From: an uncultured Verrucomicrobiota bacterium
GTDB lineage: Bacteria > Verrucomicrobiota > Verrucomicrobiia > Palsa-1439
Assembly (NCBI GenBank): GCA_903847335.1
Contig: CAINDI010000143.1
Location: forward strand, 9,946-73,945
DNA: 64,000 nucleotides
Direction of reading: 5' to 3'
Shown: one piece after another, positions 58,756 through 64,000 of the stretch
Layout of the letters: each line of letters opens with the position of its first letter
Numbering within the stretch: the first letter of the stretch is position 1
Notes under the pieces: model-generated
What the model saw: the letters and a program-made list of their open reading frames with translations, nothing else
What the model was told of the DNA's origin: nothing
Databases searched by the model: none
Made by a program: the position numbers and the translations under genes

Positions 58756-59458
58756 ATTTAATGTCCGAAACGAGCAGAACCGGTAGCCTCCGGTCGTCGT
58801 CGCTTACCCAGAACCACATGCGGCCACCGCAGGAGGCAACGACATTCAATGTGGGATTCGGCTCGATGCGCAACGCCGGTACATCGCCGGTGGGTCGGGA
58901 AAAAAATTGTTTTCGCTCGTCAAGCCGCGCGTGCATGTCGTAGCGAACACCGGTCAGAGTGATTGGAAAATTCACCTCGTAGTTGAGATGTAGCGGTAGG
59001 GTCCGGACGAAATAAAATGCCGAAAGTAAATCTTGTCCGGCATTGGGAAGTGGGCTGCTTTTCAGTTTACCGTTCAGCAGGTTAGTGGTGACGATTTGTC
59101 CAGTCGTGTAGTCGTAATGCGATTCGTCAGCCGTCCGGTGTTTCCGTTCGAGACGAACCTGCCGGAAGCGCCGCGTAAATAAATCTTTGGTGTCCAGCCA
59201 GCTTTCGATTTTATTTTCCACATGAAAAATCAAATCCACCACACCACTGGTTTGCGCACGACCGACGAGGTGGTAGCAGTCTTTGCCGTCAATCGTCTCA
59301 ATACCGGTAACGTGCAGCGTGGCGTGCCCGGCGACAATCGGTCCCCAGAGAATGTCGTACGTCAATTTCTCGCCGGTGCGAAATGGAAAGCTTTCACCAC
59401 CGTTCGCCACCAACGATGTCGTCACCGCCAAAAAAAGAAACGTGAGCGCTAATCTCAT
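58691..59458 (-). CDS. DUF3108 domain-containing secreted protein.
   Basis: Start at the internal MRLALTFLFLAV, which reads as a signal peptide. The GEKLTYDILWGPIVAGHATL motif is characteristic of DUF3108. Confidence 0.6.
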   Translation of the reverse strand: MRLALTFLFLAVTTSLVANGGESFPFRTGEKLTYDILWGPIVAGHATLHVTGIETIDGKDCYHLVGRAQTSGVVDLIFHVENKIESWLDTKDLFTRRFRQVRLERKHRTADESHYDYTTGQIVTTNLLNGKLKSSPLPNAGQDLLSAFYFVRTLPLHLNYEVNFPITLTGVRYDMHARLDERKQFFSRPTGDVPALRIEPNPTLNVVASCGGRMWFWVSDDDRRLPVLLVSDIKFGSIKMVLTGIQSNQTTQTRM

Positions 59459-59494
59459 TTTAGGTCGCGGCAGTATAGGAAGGCGCGGCGTACC

Positions 59495-60352
59495 ATGCAA
59501 GAGTTGACTTGCCCTTTCGTGGCGGCTGATTACACTGCGCGAGTGCGAAAAACCATCGGCATTCTATTTTTGTTAGCGGCAACCACGGTTCAGGCCGCCG
59601 ACAATTCCACTAGCAATTGTCTCGCCCGGCTTGACCAGCTTGTCGAGGAAGTGAGCGCGCTGGAGCAATCCGCCACTGCCGATGCCACGCGCGCGGCTTG
59701 CGTCACGGACCAGCGGAACAAAATTAAAAGTCTGAACGAGTTGGCGCATACTTTTTTTGAGACGATGAATATGCACTTGGCGGAAAAGAATTTCCAAGCC
59801 GCTGACGACGACCAAGCGATGTTGCAAACCGCTTGCACCCGCGCTGAAAAGCTGATGCGCGCGGCGCTGGAATGCCAAGGGTCTACTCTCAAAAACTATC
59901 CGTTTGTTCTGGTCACCAATCCAGCTTCCGCGCTGCCGGTCAAAATTCGCGCCATGCCGGTGATTCCGTTGGGCGATGAGACGACCTGTCTAAAACACGC
60001 TAAGTTCGCGCTGTTACTTGTTCGCGCCATGGGTTTAGAAGCTGACGATGGCGTCAATGCGATGCAGGTGTTAACTAAACAGGAAGTTGCGCCGCTGACT
60101 GGCTGGCATACAGAAAGTTGCATTACGCTCGGCGATTTTTGCGTGGTAATTGCGAAGGTGCTGCATTTGAAAATCACAGCGCCGGGTGAAGTCGCCAGCT
60201 ACATCCAAGCGGTTCGCAATGACGGCTTACCGGTGGACTCGCTGATGGCGCATCAACCGCAAGAGGTTTTGCGCGAATCGGCCGTGCGCACTTTTCTGGC
60301 GGATGGTTATGCGGCTCCGTTGCCGAGTTCCCGGCGCTTGCAGCCAGAGTAA
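59495..60352 (+). CDS. Hypothetical exported protein.
   Basis: 285 aa. A signal-like segment (IGILFLLAATTVQAADNS) sits just after the annotated start, so the true start may be an internal GTG/ATG. Confidence 0.4.
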   Translation: MQELTCPFVAADYTARVRKTIGILFLLAATTVQAADNSTSNCLARLDQLVEEVSALEQSATADATRAACVTDQRNKIKSLNELAHTFFETMNMHLAEKNFQAADDDQAMLQTACTRAEKLMRAALECQGSTLKNYPFVLVTNPASALPVKIRAMPVIPLGDETTCLKHAKFALLLVRAMGLEADDGVNAMQVLTKQEVAPLTGWHTESCITLGDFCVVIAKVLHLKITAPGEVASYIQAVRNDGLPVDSLMAHQPQEVLRESAVRTFLADGYAAPLPSSRRLQPE

Positions 60353-60367
60353 ATCCGCGAAATAGAA

Positions 60368-60396
60368 TTGACGCCCCGTATTTTTTGGTGATATAT
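60368..60396 (+). promoter_or_regulatory. Candidate sigma70-type promoter for the LysM lipoprotein gene: TTGACG, 17 bp, ATATAT.
   Basis: A consensus-like -35 hexamer with a 17-bp spacer and an AT-rich -10, about 35 nt upstream of the ATG at 60434. Confidence 0.3.
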
Positions 60397-60433
60397 GCCA
60401 ACTACGTTCATGCAAGGAGAACGCTTCAAAATT

Positions 60434-60973
60434 ATGACTCTCTCAACACGTTGGATTCTCGCCGGCATCAGCGCGGTGCTCATCGCCGGTTGTGCGACCG
60501 AACACAAAAATCTTCGACCGGTGGCCGGAACCGGCCCGCAAAGCCAATTCATCAAAGGCCTCGACGTCGTCGAACAACCGGCACTTGAGCCGGAGTGGGC
60601 TGACTACGTCAAAGAAAAATATCCCTACTGGCGCCAGCATTACTGGGTTGATCGTGGCAACTGGGGTAACCGTGGCTATCTCGTCGGCCATCCGCCGACC
60701 AAAGAAGTGCCGACGCTGGAAGCCATTCAACCGATGCCACCGGCGGCAGCCATCCAAGATTTACCACCAGCGATTGTTGAAACCGCGCCAACTAAGATTG
60801 AAACTCCCGCCAAGGCTACTGAATATGTTGTCAAAAAAGGCGATTCACTCTGGAAGATTGCCGGTAAAGTTTATCACAACCCGCTCAAGTGGGTGCAAAT
60901 TTACCGCGCCAACAAAGCCAAGATTAAGCATCCGAACAAGATTTACGCCGGTCAAGTGCTCGTGATTCCGTAA
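60434..60973 (+). CDS. LysM domain-containing lipoprotein.
   Basis: Start at the internal M (MTLSTRWILAGISAVLIAGC), which has a lipobox (LIAGC). The C-terminal LysM is YVVKKGDSLWKIAGKVY...YAGQVLVIP. Confidence 0.75.
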   Translation: MTLSTRWILAGISAVLIAGCATEHKNLRPVAGTGPQSQFIKGLDVVEQPALEPEWADYVKEKYPYWRQHYWVDRGNWGNRGYLVGHPPTKEVPTLEAIQPMPPAAAIQDLPPAIVETAPTKIETPAKATEYVVKKGDSLWKIAGKVYHNPLKWVQIYRANKAKIKHPNKIYAGQVLVIP

Positions 60974-60991
60974 AATTAACGAGCGCCCCAC

Positions 60992-61972
60992 ATGGCCAGC
61001 GAGACAATTCACTTTGAGAATGCGCGCCTTGCGCAAGCGCTCTATTGTAACGAACCGAAAAATCTCCGCCTCGTCGAAGATTTACTTAACCTTCGCCTGA
61101 GCGCTCGTGAGAATTGGATTAATGTCGAAGGCGAACGCGCCGACATCGAAAAAGCCAAAGAGTTTTTCAACGAACTCCAGCGCGTCGCCGTGGCCGGTGC
61201 TACCATTCGCCGGCAAGAGTTCAGCCGCGCCGCCAGCATCGTCGCGCGTGGCGAACCGCTTCGCATCAAAGAGCTGAGCGAACAGCGCGTCGAAGTTTCC
61301 AAACGCAAACGCTCCGTCACTCCGAAAACTGTTAATCAAAAAAACTATATCGACGCGATTCGTCAGAACGATGTCGTCATCGGCATTGGCCCTGCCGGCA
61401 CCGGTAAGACTTATTTGGCGATGGCGATGGCCGTCAACGCACTTCGGGAAGACAAAGTTGGCCGCATCATCCTTTGCCGTCCCGCTGTCGAAGCCGGTGA
61501 AGCTCTTGGTTATCTGCCGGGCACGCTCGAAGAAAAAGTTTCGCCGTATCTCCGGCCGCTTTACGATGCGTTGTACGACATGATGGATCCCGACGAAATC
61601 CAACGTCACACCGAGCGTGGTGTCATTGAAATCGCGCCGCTGGCATATATGCGCGGTCGGACGCTCAATAACGCCTTCGTCATCCTCGACGAAGCCCAAA
61701 ACACCACGAGCGAACAGATGATGATGTTCCTCACTCGAATGGGTTTTGATTCCAAAGTCGTCGTCACCGGTGACATCACGCAAATCGATTTACCGGGCCA
61801 CAAAACTTCCGGCCTCATCGAAATCCAAAACATTCTCAAAACTGTTCCGGGCCTCGCGTTTGTCTATTTTGACGGTCGCGATGTCGTCCGGCATGAACTC
61901 GTCCAAAAAATCGTCGCCGCCTACTCGCAGTTCAAAGACGAACGCGAGCGCCGCCGGCAAAACGGCGCATGA
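60992..61972 (+). CDS. ybeZ: PhoH-like ATPase (YbeZ).
   Basis: 326 aa. Walker A is GPAGTGKTYLAM. Also contains the PhoH motif VVTGDITQIDLP. Confidence 0.85.
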   Translation: MASETIHFENARLAQALYCNEPKNLRLVEDLLNLRLSARENWINVEGERADIEKAKEFFNELQRVAVAGATIRRQEFSRAASIVARGEPLRIKELSEQRVEVSKRKRSVTPKTVNQKNYIDAIRQNDVVIGIGPAGTGKTYLAMAMAVNALREDKVGRIILCRPAVEAGEALGYLPGTLEEKVSPYLRPLYDALYDMMDPDEIQRHTERGVIEIAPLAYMRGRTLNNAFVILDEAQNTTSEQMMMFLTRMGFDSKVVVTGDITQIDLPGHKTSGLIEIQNILKTVPGLAFVYFDGRDVVRHELVQKIVAAYSQFKDERERRRQNGA

Positions 61973-62406
61973 TCCCCGCTCGGAGCGGGGTAAACCTCGA
62001 CGTGCGCAACCGGCAACGGGCGCACCCGGTGAACCTCGCCCGGCTCCGGCAACTCGCCGGCATCGCCGCCGCCGATTTCCAATCACTTAGCATCGTGCTG
62101 GTTGGTGACGCCGAGATGGCACGTCTCAATCTTCGCTATCACGCCGTTGCCGGTACGACCGACGTCTTAAGTTTCGACTATGGTGCCGGCCATGGTGAAT
62201 TGATCATCTCCGTCGCCCAAGCCATCACCCAAGCTCGTCGCTACCGCACCACGCCCAGTCGGGAACTCGCGCTCTACATCGTCCACGGAATTCTCCACTT
62301 GCAAGGTTACGACGACCTGACACCCAGCAAGCGCCGCCCGATGCGCGCCGCCGAACGCCGGTTACTCCGCAAGCTGGACTTTCGTGGGTTGTTGCCGGTA
62401 CGATGA
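61969..62406 (+). CDS. ybeY: Endoribonuclease YbeY (16S rRNA 3'-end maturation factor).
   Basis: 145 aa. The metal-binding motif HGILHLQGYDD (H-x3-H-x5-H) is present. Its ATG overlaps the ybeZ stop (ATGA). Confidence 0.85.
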   Translation: MIPARSGVNLDVRNRQRAHPVNLARLRQLAGIAAADFQSLSIVLVGDAEMARLNLRYHAVAGTTDVLSFDYGAGHGELIISVAQAITQARRYRTTPSRELALYIVHGILHLQGYDDLTPSKRRPMRAAERRLLRKLDFRGLLPVR

Positions 62407-63023
62407 CCGGTATGAGCCAGTTTTGGAAATCGCTGCGAAATTCTTTCTTTGCCGGGTTGTTGATCGTGTTGCCGGTCGGCGCTTCGTTTGGTTTGTTGTG
62501 GTGGGGCGTGATGTTGGTCACGGCGTGGTTACCGGAACAATTCAGCGCGCCGCAACACCGGATGTTAGCGGTGGTGGTGTTGGTAATTTTGACGATTACC
62601 GTTGGCTGGCTGGCGCGGCGTGTTGCCGGTAAGCGGTTAATCACCGTGGCCGAAACAATCATCCGCCAAGTGCCGCTGCTGAACCGGATTTATCCTTTCA
62701 TGAAAGAAATCAGCGACACGGTGCTGTCGGGGAAAAAGACGATGTTTCAGCGCGTGGTGCTGGTGGAATTTCCACGACCGGGCGTGTTCGCAATCGGTTT
62801 CGTAACCGGGACCACCGACGGCGAAGCCCAGGCGAAAATCAACGCGCAACTCTTAAATGTGTTCGTGCCGACGACGCCGATTCCGACGAATGGTTTTTTA
62901 ATTTTGGTGCCGCCGGCGCAAGTTGTGAATCTGGAGATGAGCGTGGCCGAGGGAATGAAGCTGGTGATTTCCGGTGGCACGGTCGTCCCGCCGTATCCCG
63001 CCGATGGAAACCGAACGCGCTGA
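62403..63023 (+). CDS. DUF502 family membrane protein.
   Basis: 206 aa with two N-terminal TM helices. Its ATG overlaps the ybeY stop (ATGA). Confidence 0.6.
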   Translation: MTGMSQFWKSLRNSFFAGLLIVLPVGASFGLLWWGVMLVTAWLPEQFSAPQHRMLAVVVLVILTITVGWLARRVAGKRLITVAETIIRQVPLLNRIYPFMKEISDTVLSGKKTMFQRVVLVEFPRPGVFAIGFVTGTTDGEAQAKINAQLLNVFVPTTPIPTNGFLILVPPAQVVNLEMSVAEGMKLVISGGTVVPPYPADGNRTR

Positions 63024-63633
63024 AGCAATCGTCCTGCGAGTGCAGCCGGTCACGGAGTCGAGCCTGCTGGTGCTCTGGTTTACTCGCGAATTCGGCAAAC
63101 TCAAAACCTTAGCCAAAGGTGCGCGCCGCCCGAAAAGTCCGATGCGCGGTCGGCTGGATTTATTTTACCAAGACGAAATTTCTTTCCTCCGGAGCCGCCG
63201 GAGCGATTTGCATTTGCTCCACGAATGTTTTCTGGAAAAATCGCACCCGGCTTTGCGCGTCAGTGTGCCGGTGCTGACAGCGGCTTCGCACGTTTGCGAA
63301 CTGGTGGACGCATTGACCGTCGTGGAAGATGCGCACCCAGATTTATTTGATTTGCTGGCGGAAATGCTGACGAGTTTGGAAAAATCCACGACACCGGCGC
63401 AGTTGATTTGGTTTGAGTTGCAAGCGTTCGCCGCCACCGGCTGGAAGCCGGTTTTCGATGGAGAGACCGGCACAGCGAAAGTTATGCGTTCACTGGCCGG
63501 CGCATCAGCCGCTGCGGCGAGTCGGGTGCGTCTGACTGCTGAACAAATTCGCGCCGCGCAAGATTTTCTGGAAGAATTCCGGCAAACTCACCTCGGCCGA
63601 CCGCTGCGCTCCAAACTCAACCGCGCAGTTTAA
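63004..63633 (+). CDS. recO: DNA repair protein RecO.
   Basis: Start at the internal METERAEAIVLR. N-terminal OB fold (EAIVLRVQPVTESS...LFYQDE). Confidence 0.75.
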   Translation: METERAEAIVLRVQPVTESSLLVLWFTREFGKLKTLAKGARRPKSPMRGRLDLFYQDEISFLRSRRSDLHLLHECFLEKSHPALRVSVPVLTAASHVCELVDALTVVEDAHPDLFDLLAEMLTSLEKSTTPAQLIWFELQAFAATGWKPVFDGETGTAKVMRSLAGASAAAASRVRLTAEQIRAAQDFLEEFRQTHLGRPLRSKLNRAV

Positions 63634-64000
63634 TTACCGCAGCGTCGAGCGTGGCGCAGTCGTTGACCGAAATCACCTCAACATCTTTGTTAATCCGTTT
63701 CATCAAACCGGCTAGCACGTTACCGGGGCCGAGTTCGATGAAGCGCGTGAATCCTTGTGCGACGAGCCATTGCATAGATTCAGTCCAGCGTACGGTGCCG
63801 GTGACTTGTCGGGTGAGTAAGTCTTTGATTTCGGAAATGGAACCACCGGGACGCGCGCTGACATTAGCCACCACCGGTACACGCGGATCGGACATCGTCA
63901 AGCTCGCGAGTTCACCGGCAACTTTCTGCTGGGCACCGGCCATCAGTCGCGAATGATACGCGCCGGCAACCGGTAACGGAATCGCCCGCTTCGCACCGCG
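63617..64000 (-). CDS. fabD: Malonyl-CoA:ACP transacylase FabD; only the 3' part lies in this window, and the gene continues beyond the window end.
   Basis: The open frame continues upstream of the ORF-track M with no stop (…GAYHSRLMAGAQQ…), which matches the FabD AFHS/His region. The C-terminal motif VQWTESMQWLVAQGFTRFIELGPGNVLTGL is present. Confidence 0.75.
   Translation of the reverse strand, partial: RGAKRAIPLPVAGAYHSRLMAGAQQKVAGELASLTMSDPRVPVVANVSARPGGSISEIKDLLTRQVTGTVRWTESMQWLVAQGFTRFIELGPGNVLAGLMKRINKDVEVISVNDCATLDAAVIKLRG

Overview
This is a 64 kb, gene-dense chromosomal window of about 57-58% GC. My taxon guess is Verrucomicrobiota or a related PVC-group bacterium: there is a DUF1559 'prepilin + H-X9-DG' pseudopilin-like gene, many cytoplasmic and secreted glycoside hydrolases, and the genes are packed tightly with frequent overlaps. 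I see no rRNA, no CRISPR array, and no integrase or transposase.

Gene content, left to right:
- A partial 5' CDS, then nnr.
- A complete elongasome operon mreB-mreC-mreD-mrdA-rodA, with rng (RNase G) immediately downstream.
- An orphan HAMP-PAS-PP2C sensor phosphatase, then recJ, a fused secDF, yajC, tgt, and ilvB.
- A GT-C membrane glycosyltransferase.
- A sugar-kinase / URO-D-like / AraC module.
- An ABC exporter with an unusual N-terminal zinc-ribbon domain, translationally linked to a small partner protein.
- A peroxiredoxin divergent from a gene pair: an ATP-cone::uridine-kinase-like fusion whose stop overlaps (ATGA) the start of a ferritin-VIT1 (MbfA-like) gene.
- An initiator-type tRNA-Met(CAT) with a downstream terminator.
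- A large carbohydrate-catabolic region, about 29.3-55.3 kb: a DapA-like aldolase, an SDR epimerase, an M20 deacylase, Gfo/Idh/MocA oxidoreductases, a second URO-D-like enzyme, an alpha/beta hydrolase, a CE7 esterase, two long cytoplasmic glycosidase paralogs, a secreted GH5-like enzyme, and a GH4 enzyme with a C-terminal PA14-like domain.
- Housekeeping genes at the right end: glyQS, rfaE-type heptose kinase, a DHS-like protein, DUF3108, a LysM lipoprotein, phoH-ybeY-DUF502-recO, and partial fabD.

I found no clear-cut novel defence or mobile system. The observations most worth a second look are:
- the ABC + zinc-ribbon + small-partner pair;
- the peroxiredoxin / ATP-cone-kinase / MbfA module;
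- two low-GC islands, one carrying a frameshifted aldo-keto reductase;
- the URO-D-like paralogs embedded in the sugar locus;
- the GH4-PA14 fusion.

All family and product calls rest on motif recognition in the translated ORFs, not on database searches.
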